In this document: positions 15,537-27,574 of the stretch, in pieces
How the letters are laid out: the number at the start of each line of letters is the position of its first letter
Position numbering within the stretch: position 1 is the stretch's first letter
Assembly (NCBI RefSeq): GCF_009914755.1
Contig: NC_060931.1
Reading direction: 5' to 3' (one strand)
Source of the DNA: the human T2T-CHM13v2.0 reference genome, Homo sapiens
Length of the DNA stretch: 64,000 nt
Program-made: the position numbers and the translations under genes
The notes under the pieces: model-generated
What the model was told of the DNA's origin: nothing
What the model saw: only the letters and a program-made list of their open reading frames with translations
Database searches by the model: none

Positions 15537-15772
15537 TCACCATGCAGGTGAGACCCCCCACACAGAAGGAAGATAGGGTTGCTGTTGTGTAAGACCAGGA
15601 AGGGAACATGGGACTCCAGTGTGGGCGTCCAGTGTGGGACTCCAGCGATCCACTTGGCACCCCTGGGTACTCCCTTGTCTGATTGTGGTTGCGAATTGAC
15701 AAGAATAGCAACCCTGGCCTAAACTATGAATGATCCTCAGGGGCTCCCACCCCTTTAAGCAGGACTGGATCA

Positions 15773-16197
15773 TGTTTAGTTCCTCAGGCTGCTGTAACAA
15801 AGTACTCAGACTGGGAGGCTTCAAACCACAGAACTTCATTTTTTCTAGAAGTCTGAAAACACACTGTCAGCAGGGCCACTCCCTCTGAAACATGCTGGAG
15901 AGAATCCTTCCTTCCCTCTTCCTGTTTGGGGAGCTCCTGGAAATCCTCGACTTATGGATGCATCTCTCTAATTGCTACCTCTGTCTTCACATTGGCCGTC
16001 TTCCCGCTGTTTCTGTGTCTTCTTTTCTTATATGGATGCCAGTCATTTGGAATCAGAGCCTACTCTTCTCCAGTTTGGCATCATCTTAACTAATTACATC
16101 TGCCAAGACTCTATTTCTAAATAAAGTCACATTCACAGGTACTTGGGTTGAGAACCTCAGCATATCTTTCTGGGGGACACAATGCAAATCCAAAACA
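15773..16197 (-). mobile_element. MLT1 (B/C-like) MaLR LTR
   Basis: ggctgctgtaacaaagtac...aattacatctgc...ataaagtcacattcacaggtac...gggggacacaat. Confidence 0.8.
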
Positions 16198-16420
16198 CCA
16201 GGTAAGCCATTGAGAGCAGTAGAGGTGATGACAACCGAGGAAGAAGGGAATTTATAAAGTGTAGTGAAGGAGGAAGATGATGAGGATGAGCTGCAGTTGC
16301 ATGACAGGGCACAGCTGGTGCCATTGACCCCCATTTCTCAAGCTCCCCTCAGAAGGGGAGGCTCAGGGGAACTTTGGGGAATCTTCTCCATGTACATGTA
16401 TGGAGGTGCGTTGGGTGGAC

Positions 16421-16912
16421 ATAGCCACCATGGAAGTGTGCCCCCCACACAGACCTCAGCCACCATGGAGGCGAACCCCACACAGACCTCAGCCACAATG
16501 GAGGTGAACTCCACACACAGACCTCAGCCACCATGGAAGTGAACCCCACACACAGACCTCAGCCATCACGGAGGTGAACCCCACACATAGACCTCAGCCA
16601 CCATGGAGGTGAACTCCACACGCAGACCTCAGCCACCATGGAGGTGAACCCCACAGACCTCAGCCACCATGGAGGTGAACCCCACACACAGACCTCAGCC
16701 ACCACGGAGGTGAACCCCACAGAGACCTCAGCCACTATGGAGGTGAACCCCACACAGACCTCAGCCACTATGGAGGTGAACCCCACACACAGACCTCAGC
16801 CACCATGGAGGTGAACCCCACGCAGACCTCAGCCACCATGGCAGTGTGCCCTACACACAGGTGTCAGCCACCGTGCAGGTGTGCCCCACGCATAGACCTC
16901 AGCCACCATGCA
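16421..16912. repeat. Minisatellite, ~14.5 units of 31/33/35 bp, consensus agacctcagccaccatggaggtgaacccc(ac)1-3
   Basis: Read directly; homogeneous centre with degenerate outer units. Confidence 0.97.
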
Positions 16913-16914
16913 GA

Positions 16915-17286
16915 ATTTATTCAGCTGCAAGAAGTGCAGTCAACTCACGACGTCCAGTTGTCAGCACATTCAGAGTCCACCTTGCCTTTCAAAATGAGGC
17001 TGCGCTCAACCTGAGGGGCCCCAGGCCATTGCTGAGCTCCACGGTGAGAGGAGTAGAGTCTCACCACTTCTGCCCAGAACCTCCGATGGGCAATTTTTGC
17101 CCCGAAGCCCCCCATTGAGTTTGCAGAGACTTTATCAGTGCTGTTCCACAGTATGAGATGATATTCCATCTTTCTTCTTCTCTCTTTATCTTTCGCAGGC
17201 ACTCTCCCCTACTCACCACTCCATAAATCTCTGTCACTCCTACCTCCATCTCAGCATGTGCTTCTCAGGGGCACAAGCGTGACACA
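16915..17286 (+). mobile_element. LTR16A-like ERVL LTR
   Basis: attcagctgcaagaagtgcagt...gggcaatttttgc...cccattgagtttgcagagacttt...ctccatctcagcatgtgcttc...tgacaca. Confidence 0.65.
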
Positions 17287-17870
17287 GTGTGTCAGGTGAG
17301 AATGATGGGTTGGGGCGGGGATGGAGCTGCCTGCTTCACATGTGGCTCCTTATTTCCCTCCCAGCTTCTGTCTCTGGGTATACAAATCTCTTTACTGTGT
17401 CTTTCCAGTTACTCAGCTCTCTTTCCCCCTCTCTCATTTCTCTCTACCTGGGATTCTATGTCCCATGACATGGAAAGATACACTACCAAATACAATCATT
17501 CATTGAAGTTTATGACCACTGAAGGCAGAGTAGGTAGAAGTCTGTGTCACACAAACATGAAGCTCAAACATATCCTAAGCACTGCTTGAAATGATTACTT
17601 GGCAAACATGTATCCCCTGGGGAGCTACCTCATTCAGTTAAGAATTTTCTTTCCTTGGATACAAACCTGCCTACAAGGAATAAAGAATTATACTTCTGTT
17701 ATTATTAATGCATATTTAGTGTGAATATGAGTTTAATCCAGAGATAAAAACTTGGAGCCATAAAGTAAATCTTGTAGAAGACAGAATATGCTGACATTTT
17801 AGTGAATGTTAATTCTGTTTTAGATGGGTGAGGTTTTGAAACAGTTGATTTGATTACCAACATGCTACTA

Positions 17871-18250
17871 TTAGGTTGGTGCAAAAGTAATTGCGGGCCA
17901 GGCATGGTGGCTCATGCCTGTAATCTCAGCACTTTTGGAAGCTGAGGCAGGTGGATCACTTGAGGCCAGGAGTTCAAGACTAGCCTGGCTAACATGGCGA
18001 AACATCGTCTCCTACTAAAAATACAAAAATTAGCCAGGCGTGGTGGCGCGCACCTGTAATCCCAGCTAGGCAGGAGAATCGCTTGAACCCAGGAGGCAGA
18101 GGTTGCAGTGAGTCGAAATTGTGCCACTCCATTCCAGCCTGGGCGATAGAGCAAGACTGCCTCAAAAAACAAAATACAAAAACAAAAAGTAATTGCAGTT
18201 TTTGCCATTTTTTAAATGACAAAACCGCAATTACTTTTGCACCAAACTAA
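17871..18250. mobile_element. MADE1 (Hsmar1-derived MITE) split by an Alu
   Basis: Left part ttaggttggtgcaaaagtaattgcg; right part aaaagtaattgcagtttttgccatt...ccgcaattacttttgcaccaaactaa; TA on both flanks. Confidence 0.92.
17896..18184 (+). mobile_element. AluS with a small right-arm deletion
   Basis: Full Alu; TSD aaaagtaattgc; cccagctaggcagg lacks the usual ctcgggaggctg. Confidence 0.95.
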
Positions 18251-18671
18251 TACTATTTGTTGGATGCATCGATCGCTACTTAGGAACTGAACTGAACTGG
18301 ATGGAACTGCACCATGAACATCCTGTAGACATTCACTGTTGGTGGTGAAACGAACAATCACAACATTCCATCAGTCATACTCATTGTCTTCTTAGCTGTC
18401 ACTCATTAGATCCCTGCTGTGTGTGAGATATGCTAAGAAAAGTAAAATATGTTGTAAAAACAACAATGCAATTACTGAAATAACAGCTAGCACAAACTCC
18501 AGTGAGAATAAGATAATATGATATTTCATCACTATCCAGTAATTTATGCATGGGAATTACAATAATATGAATTAATCAGTATGACCAATTTAATTGTATC
18601 ATTTCTGATCCTACATTGGGATAGGCTTAGCAGCAGAGGGGAACCCTAAGGTTAGTTTCCTGATCTGTGAG

Positions 18672-19085
18672 TCCTATGGTTTGAATGCATGTCCCTGCCA
18701 AATGTTGAACTGTGATCCCCAATGCTGGAAGTGGGGCCTGGTGGCAGATGTTTGGATCATTCATGTGGGCAGATCCCTCATGAATAGCTTGGGTCAACCC
18801 CTTGGTGATAAGTGGGCTCTTGCTCTGGGTTCACATGAGATCTTGTCATCTAAAAGTGTGTGCCCCCCGTTTCTCTTTCTCTCTTGCTCCCGTTCTCACC
18901 GTGCGATGTCCCTGTTCCCGCTTTGCCTTCTGTCATAATTGGAAGATTCCTGAGGCCTCCCCAGTAGCAGATGCTGCTACGCTTCCTGTACAGCCTGCAA
19001 CGCTGTGAGCCAATTAAACATCTCTTCTTATAAATCACTCAGTCTCAGGTATTTCTTTATAGCAGTGCAAGAACAGCCCAATACA
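18672..19085 (+). mobile_element. MSTB-like MaLR solo LTR
   Basis: tatggtttgaatg ... gaacagcccaataca; perfect 5-bp TSD gtgag at 18667-18671 and 19086-19090. Confidence 0.9.
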
Positions 19086-19090
19086 GTGAG

Positions 19091-20645
19091 GTAAGGGCCT
19101 TTATGGTAGGAAGGGACAAGTGGAAGCTTCTGAAACCCACTCACGTTTGGAGTCATTACAGAGATTAGTATCACCAAAACTAAAGGATGCTGGATGGTGG
19201 TTTCAATCATATGCCCAATTAATTCACCAGCCAGGCTTCTGTAAAAACAGGATGCATCATGGCAGGTGATAGTAGACAATGATTAGTACCTAGGTTGTAG
19301 CTCCAGTCACAGCTGCCACGCTGGCTCTGGGTCTTACTAGGGGGGCATCTTCACTGGAGTGGACCAACACAGCCTCTGCTGTTTGATACGTGGTTACTGA
19401 CTTGCAAATGTTTTCTTCTTCTCTTCCTTTTTATTCTATCTCCTCCTCCTCCTCTTTTTCTCCTCCTCCTCTGCCTCCTCTTTCTCCTTCTTCGTTAAGA
19501 CTAGCTCTGTTAAGATACAATTCACATATTATATCATTTATCCACTTAAAGTGTACAATTCAATGGCTGTGAGTATATTCCATATATGTGCAACCATCAC
19601 CACAGTCAGTTTTAGAAAGATTTAATCATTACAATAATATGAATTGATCAATATGATCAATTAAATTGTATCATTTCTGATTCTACATTGGGATAGACTT
19701 AGCAGCAGAGTGAACCATAAGGTTAGTTTCCTGATCTGTGAGTGATATGGTTTGAATGCATGTAAAAAAGAAACCCTGTATCCTTTATCCCCCTATCTCC
19801 CTAGCCCCTCCCTGCAAGTCCTAAGAAACTACTATTCCAAGTTCTGCCTCTATAGAGTTCCCTGTTTTCATTTCTCTTAGGTAATTACCTAGAAGTGAAA
19901 TCAAATGCTTTCTTCTTGGTAGTAATCAATAAGGAAGATCAAAATCAGTTCATCTTCAGAAAGGAGAAACAGTTTCTCATTCTCTGTCTTGCCCTATGGC
20001 TATGTGAACTTTTAGCTGTTTGTTATCATATATTCCAGAGAGACCTTGAACATCTCAACATTTCACACACTGCCACACTAATCCATAGTATTGATGACAA
20101 TCTGCTAATTGAATCTGATAAAACCGAAAGTAGCAGGTATCCTAAATGCTTTAGTAATTCGTAAGTGAGAGCATGGCAGTGAAAACCCCGGGAATATTTG
20201 GGAGGCTGCCATATCAGTGAAGTTAGTAGGGGTCTGATGGTTTGGGACATGCTGGGATATCACCTGTAAGGGGAATGAGAAGTTATTAAACTTGACCCTC
20301 TTACTGATAAGAAAGAGGTGTGTGTTTGGTGCGCCTCTTCAGATTTTGGAGGTAGCATAAGCACTTTGGAGAATATTGCCCTGACCCACTTATGGGCAAA
20401 TGGGAAAGCTGTCAGTGTTTGGAAAGACAGAACAAGAGGGCTCAGTGGACAGTTCAAGGCAGGTGCAAGCTGCCCTAATGCTCAAGCATCTTAAACTAGG
20501 AGGTATGGCGGTGCTTGGAACATCCACATTGGGTCGGAATGCTCTGAAGTCGGGAGAGGAGCTGTAGACAGAACTCTAGGGTTCTGGAGCAGGGCTGTGC
20601 CTGGGGCAACAGCGAGCTACTGTCTATTGGAGGAACAGCTCCCAT
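19091..20645 (+). mobile_element. ERVL-class internal pol (RT/RNase H) remnant
   Basis: ORF 19895-20164 gives NAFF...EDQNQF...CYHIFQRDL...LIHSIDDNLLI, a decayed ERVL RT with HYIDD changed to HSIDD; upstream DNA resembles the NSP/WRMTVD motifs; many stops and frameshifts. Confidence 0.75.
19421..19901 (-). mobile_element. 5'-truncated L1MB-like insertion in the ERVL pol
   Basis: L1MB 3'UTR motifs (ttaaagtgtacaattcaatgg...gtgcaaccatcaccaca); 16-bp TSD caaatg(t/c)tttcttctt at 19405-19420 and 19902-19917; tail decayed to a (CCT)n tract. Confidence 0.8.
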
Positions 20646-21959
20646 GTGTGAATTCGGTGTAAACTTACTATAGCCCTGCCCCTTGAATCAACTGGTTGGA
20701 TGAGTGCCTAAGCCAAAGACAAACCTACATGCGAGTCACTAAGCTGTGTATCAGAACAAAGGGGAAATGGTTGCCGGGCAGACCAACAGCCAGTGTCTAC
20801 TACCAGCAGCCCCTGGTGGCAGCTGTACCGTTAAGAAGGCAAATTAATAACAGTACCTGGGGTGGGAGGATGCTCATCTTACTCAATAAAAACTGCATTC
20901 AGGTAGGACTTTTTGACACTAATCAGTTTGCTAATTATAATTATTTTCATTAAAGCAGGTGCTCAAAAACTTTCCACTTAGCAATGCGTTGTTGATGGTC
21001 TGAGTGACTGTATGTGGCTGGGGGCTTTTTAAGTTCAATTTCCTGATGAGCCTTTGATCAATAATTTGAAGCAATTAGGGTCAAGTTCTATCTGGATGTA
21101 GTTGTGCTCTGCCTCCATTCCTTTTCATTCTGTTGTTCTGTGAACATGAAGCTGCCCAGCAGCTGCCTTAAGGAAGCTGTGCTGGGCTTGCATCAGAGTG
21201 GCCTCTTAATAATTTGCTCGTAAGGAATTTAAAATCTGTGAATCTTCCTTGACTTATTAGTAAAGTGGGGGTAGTACCTAATGCCTAGGGATACTGAAGG
21301 TTCCATGAGAGTGGGAAGCACCTGCCTTGTGTCAAGTTATGGTGGGAACTTAAATTCGATTGGCCTGAACCTAACCACTGTGGGGTCAACATGGGAGAAG
21401 TGGGCAAGGCTCAGTGCTATTCAGTGCCTGTCTTCCACTAGGATATTAAGACTCGGACAGTGTGACTCTTGATCTAAGACGAGTACAGTATGTCTGCAAG
21501 CACGAGACACCAGGGGGAGGTATGTTCCTACCTAAACATAAGACAAATTGTTAGCATAAAAAGAATTCACTTGTTTAGTGAGGTTTGAGATTGATCTCAG
21601 TCAATTGTATACTGGAGCCATGAAAAGGAGACAATGGCTCCCTAAGAGGCTGAGCCTCTTCATGTTGTCATCGTCTCTGTTTCTAAGCCCAGCTATAACA
21701 AGTCAAGTGTGTGCGACTGGGAGGGTGCACAAATGCCCCTCCCCTGCTGGCCAATGATTGCTCCTCTCACTGCAGCACCCTTGGCTGTTTAAGGAACCCT
21801 GGGCTCAGATAAGGTGTCCAGCTAAGTATTTTTGGATTTATTCTCCAAGAATCCAGACAAAGTCCTTAACAGGTAAGGTGAGTACAGATTGTGGGGCACA
21901 TTCCCACGTTTTTATGGAGTCCCCTGACACCAAGCGGAATTTTGAATTCGGTAGCACCC

Positions 21960-22070
21960 TCCATTTTCTGATTAAGTTGGAACTTGGAGGTTGCAACTTG
22001 CTTAAGTTCACTTGGCAAGTCATCAGCACAACTTGGACTTGACTTCTGGCCTGACTTCAAGCCTACCCCA
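21960..22070 (-). mobile_element. MIR fragment
   Basis: ccatttt...gcaacttgcttaagttcac...ctgacttcaagcc. Confidence 0.45.
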
Positions 22071-22664
22071 GTCCATGATGATCTTACCATAGCAGCGTGC
22101 TCTGAGGGACAGCGCTCAATTCCTACCCTGGGCTCAATTCCTACTCCCTGGGTGCAGAGGGTGTAAAGTGGGAAGCCTCTAAAATTACGACTCTTGACTT
22201 TCCTGATCTACAAGATTCATGCCATCCATTGCACTTTTAAAATGTAGTGTTTACTTTTGAACAAAGAGATGCACATATATGTTTTAAAGAGTGAAATTAT
22301 TTTACAAAGCCAGTTATGAGAGAGAATATTTCTCCTCCTCCAGTATTCTCCCCAGAAGCTATCACTTTGAACTCTTCCAGCATATTTTATTGGTATTTAC
22401 ATCTATAACTCCAATTATCATGCTTATATTTCTGCTTTCTAAATGTTTCAGCTTTAGGCATTATCTTGTTTTCCCATTAAGAAAGCTGAGGATTTAGCCT
22501 TTTTTCATCCAATTTCTCCACTACTCTATATACACACATTTGTTCTGTTTCTATCTTCCCAATATGCTATTAGTATAATTTTAGTTAAATCACATGTTGG
22601 TGTTTGTATTACTATGACTATGTAAATCTTATTAGAGCTGGGCTCTGTAGCATACTATGATTTC

Positions 22665-22960
22665 TTTTCTTTTTGATACAGCATAGCTTCTTTCCTTGCT
22701 TCCCTCCTTTGTTCCTCCCTTCTTTACCCCTTCCCTCTCCCTCCCTCTCTTTTTCCTTTTCTTCCTTCCCTCCCCTCCCCTTCCTTCCCCTCCCCTCCCC
22801 TTCCCTTTTCCCTTCCCTCTCCTCCCCTTCCCTTTTCCCTTCCCTTCCCTTCCTCCCTGCTCTCCCTTCCCCTCCTCTCTCTTTTCCTTTCTTCCCCCCG
22901 GCCCCGCCCACTGCCACATTCTCCCCTTCCTGCTCCCTTCTCCTCTTGTTCTTCTTTCCT
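22665..22960. repeat. Polypyrimidine (CT-rich) low-complexity tract
   Basis: About 300 bp of (CCCTT/CCCCT)n-like sequence. Confidence 0.95.
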
Positions 22961-23825
22961 TAATATTCTGGGTACTGATCATTCATTCAATCCCCAGCTC
23001 TCTCCCTGTTGTGCAAATCTCCTCTCAAGACATTCACATACATTAGGCAGAACATCGCTTTCATCTTCTTGAATAGATGTCTCCTGCAGCCTTCTCCAGC
23101 TGGGTGGCATCATCCTCCTTTTGCTGATAAGAACCAGGAAGAGAATGATTCAGAGCCACCGGGCCAGCCAGTGAGTGGCTGTGGCTCTTATCCAAGTCCC
23201 TGAAACACACACATTTATGCCAGAAGTCAACTTTGTGTTGCATCGGCCCATTTGTTCCATTATTTGTCCTTTCCTATAAGCCAGCGTGTCTCTAAGCATA
23301 TCAATATCTGGCATCCTGTTAGTCCAAATCCCCATTGGCTTTATTTGCATCTGCTGCTTGAGGGTTGGGGATATAAATACCGACCACAAAGTGCCTTCTC
23401 AATCTTCGAAGATAAATTTCATCAGTATCCAGTAATTTATGAGTGGGAAATAAGATATTTATTTGTCTTTTTCTGGTACATTTGTAATGAATGTGTATGG
23501 AAATTTGATATCAGAATATTTAATTTCCAAACATGTCTCACTCTTTAAACATCCTAACTGCAGGTGGGAAAAGGAGATATTATGCATAAAAGTTAATAAC
23601 TTAAGAAATCTTATTACAATGCTTTATTCTATTCAGAACTCTTTCACTTATAAAATTGCACTTGCTTATCACAAGGCTCTATAAGTTAGATAAGAAGGGA
23701 TGTGTTATTCTTTACACCCAGAGATATGAACTAGTTCAAATTCAAGTTTATTCAGTGACTAAGATCACACTACTTACACTTTCAGGATTTTGGCCTCAAA
23801 GATTCCCCTATGTGAATACTGGCCC

Positions 23826-24001
<176 letters not shown>

Positions 24002-24209
24002 CTAGAATAGAAACTCATAATATACGACCTCTTCTTTTCTCCTGGCTCTATCACTCCCATGGCAGTCTATCATGGGGGAGGGAGGGGAGACCAGAGGCTG
24101 CTGGAGAACGTTGGAACCCTTTTGGTGGAGGGAAGTTAAGCACAGTGGGATGCGGACAGCTGAGCTTGGGGGATTTCTATTTCAGAAAGTGTTGGCTGAA
24201 CATGGCTAT

Positions 24210-24960
24210 TTTTTACTGAGGTGAAATTTATGCAACATAAAATTAACCCCTTTAAGTGTACAATTCACTGGCATTTAGTACATTCAAATGTTGTGCAACC
24301 ACCGGTTCTGTGTAGTTCCAAAACACTTTCCTCACCCCAAAATAAAATCCTGTGTCCAGCTACCCCCATCCCCGCAACCTGCTAGCTCCGGGGAAATGCC
24401 AATTTGCTTTCTGTCCCTGTGATTGATCCATTTTGGATATTTCATATAAATGGAATCATATAATATCGGTCTTTCACTGGGGCCTGTATCAGAACTTTAT
24501 TCCTTTTTATGGCTGAGTAATATTCCATTACATGAATATAAACAATTTGTTCATCCACTCATGCACTGATAAATATTTGGGTTGCTTCCACTCTTTGACT
24601 ATTGTGAAGAGTGCACCATGCACACTCACATATTTTTTGAGTCACTTATATATTTTCAGTTCTTTGGGGTACATATTAGGAGTGGAATTGCTGGTTCATA
24701 TGACAATTGTATAGTTAACTTTTGAGGAACTGCCAAACTGTTTTCCACAGCAGCCACACCACTTCAAACTCCCACCAGCAACGTCTAAGGGCTCCAGTTT
24801 CCCCAAATTCTTTCCAACACTGCTATTTTCTGATTGTTTATTATTGCCATCCCCGTGGGTATGAAGCGGCATTTCAGTGTGACTTTGATTTGCATTTCTC
24901 TAATGACTAATGGTGTTGAACATCTTTTCATGCGTTACTGGCTGTTTGCACATCTTCTGA
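24210..24960 (-). mobile_element. L1MB-like 3' fragment
   Basis: tttaagtgtacaattca...gttgtgcaaccacc...tttgaggaactgccaaactgttttcca...gatttgcatttctctaatgactaat. Confidence 0.8.
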
Positions 24961-25757
24961 ATGTAAACTTTTAACAAAAGGTATTTTGTCATCTTGTAAC
25001 CATTTTAGGCAATATTTTCAGGATTTAGGAAATTCAACAAAGCCTCAATAATGTGCATTCCCCCCATAACCTGTAAGTAGACATAGGATCAGGGTGGGAT
25101 GGGATGGCTGGAAATAAAAGACCTACGCTCTGATGTTCTCCTCTACTTCCACCCTGCTGACTTCTTGCCGGGCAGGCTGTTTTGAAAACATTATCATGCA
25201 CTGAGCAGGAAACCTTAGCTTTTCTAAAGCTCACACATTATTTTCTCTGGCTCTTTGTATATCTAGTATCCTTCCAAATAGGTGTATGTTTAGGACAGAG
25301 CTGGGCACAGCTGTGCAGAGTAATGAAGCTGGGGTCCCTTGAGCTGCCCGTGATATTGCTTCAATAAGGAGAACTCGGAATGCAGGCTGTGGCATTACAC
25401 TGCATCCCATTTAGTCTCCTCATGGGAAACTCCACTGCTATTTAGCTCTTCCCGAATCTTGAGCTAACAATTTTAGACAAACCATGAATTTGCTGGGGGT
25501 CAGGAGGATGGTGTATTCTCAGCTTCAGATAGGCAGTAGATATAAAATAAGTTAGCTCCTACCTTCTTCTCAGTAGTCACTGAGAGCATGACGTGCCCCT
25601 GCTTAAACACCTCCCCTGGCTGCCCCGCTCACGGAATGAAATCTGTTTAGCATCCTGCAGACCCCACGTGGCTGCCCCAGCCCTCCCTCCCACGGTGTCT
25701 AATACTCAAACCGCCCCCTCCAGGCTCCAGTCACATCAGCACAGTTTATCTTTTACA

Positions 25758-26061
25758 TATTTATTTTATTTTATTTTTTGAGATAGGGTCTAGCTCTGTT
25801 GCCCAGGCTGGAGTGCAGTGGCACAACTCTGCTCACTGCAACCTCTGCCTTCCAGGCTCAAGTGGTCCTTCCACCTCAGCCTCCTGAGTAGCTGGGACTA
25901 TAGGCGCCTGCCACCATGCCTGGCTAATTTTTTGTGCTTTATGTAGAGATGGGATCTTGCTATGTTGCCCAGGCTGGTCTCAAACTCCTGGGCTCAAGTG
26001 ATCCACTTGCCTTGGCTTTCTAAAGTGCTGGGATTACAGGTATGCACCACTGTGCCCGGCC
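25758..26061 (-). mobile_element. AluJ within L2 remnants
   Basis: J-type diagnostic ggctcaagtg...tcc; the flanks (25560-25750, 26070-26490) resemble L2. Confidence 0.9.
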
Positions 26062-27574
26062 CCACTTTCTATTTTAAACCTGCCAAGGTGTTCTGCCCCA
26101 GAACCCTGAATATGAAACTGTGAAAACACAGCCTTGGCCAGCACATGCCCCTGTTCGTTCTGGGTGCGGAACACCCTTTCCTTCATTCTTCTCCTCCAGG
26201 TCTAACCAAGTGACATCCCACCTTTGAGAGGCCTCACCTTACCCTCCACATCAAAAATAGCATGCCTCTTCCCTTGACTCACAGTCCCATCGCCCTGTTT
26301 TCTGAATTGCGTTGATCACACTATATAGTACAATGCTTTAATGATGATGTCTTTGTTATTGCTTGTTTTGTCTTCCCCAGTAAAGCAAAAGCCCCTGAAG
26401 GCACAGACTCTGCTCCTTACGGCTCTGTCCTCTGTGTCTAGAATAGTGCTTGCCCACAGGAGGCTACCAATGAGTGTGTGCTCAAAGAAAGGCTGGGTCA
26501 CGGAAAGTTGTCCAGCAGTAACACCAACATGGAATTTGGGCCCTTTCTTGCACATAGCACATGTAAACAGAAAATAGAGCAGGGCTGTGGTGGGATTCTG
26601 GAATAAGTAGACCTTGATCTACCCATCAGTCTTGGCATCTTACCCTCCTGGTACCTGGAGACATTGCTGGGGTCCCCGTCATCCCATCCTCCATGGCCCA
26701 AGGGACTCCTTGGTAGGTAGGACTTCTCCTGTAGCTCAGGGATCCTGGCAGTGACTTCAAAAGGTTGCTTTTCCACCTCAGACTTTGTGCTGACACTTCC
26801 TACCTCCCTGCTGTTTTAGTGGCAGCCTTGGGACTTCACAGCAACTCAAAGAGACTCGCCGAGAAGACTTTGAGGACCCTATCATAGTGCACAGTGGGCA
26901 CAGATGGCAGCGTTGGAGCAAGTGTATATGGGCAGCTGAGGCTCTATCCACAACACTGTCAGTGTTGTGTTTTATAGCTTAATAGTCAAGGCTTCCTATA
27001 GGAAACTATTTTCCAGCACTGTCAGGAATGGGATTCCCATGAGTGTGGGTTGTACATCCCACGGTTGTTCTTGGCATCCAGACTTATGCAGATGCCTCTG
27101 TGCACGCCACCTGGGTACGGACTAACACAATGTCAGCTGGAGTGCCGAGGCTGTGTGTGACGGTGGAGGATACGGGCTGTGGCTCTCAGCAGTGCTTTGA
27201 GATGCTGGTCCCCTGAAACACATTAAAAACCCTGCAGCAGCCTACAGGATTTACTTTTGATGTTAGCATACGGCTGGCAAAAATTTCATAGTCAGCGAAT
27301 GATTTTTTTGGCAGTGTGAATGTACACAGTGTGTGACACTCAATTTACTAAACTAGTTTATGAAACTTTTATTTTGGTCTTCATGATGCCACATCCTTGT
27401 TTCATGAAATAATGACTTTTAAAGTGGTTGCTTTAGTGTCATAGAGAGAACTTGAGTGTGCATATTAATCTTTTTTTCAAATAAAGGAGAGTAAAACATC
27501 GTAGCTGGTTTTAGTAATTGTTGAGTATATCAAATAAAATGCAAACATTTGTGGAGAAATAAATGAGAGGCAGA

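Noticed and set aside
16421-16912. CRISPR-like array or mucin exon
   Set aside because: There are no unique spacers and the context is eukaryotic; variable unit lengths break the reading frame and no convincing exon boundaries were found.
22618-23046. G/R/E/K-rich and P/F/S/L-rich ORFs
   Set aside because: Translations of the low-complexity pyrimidine tract.
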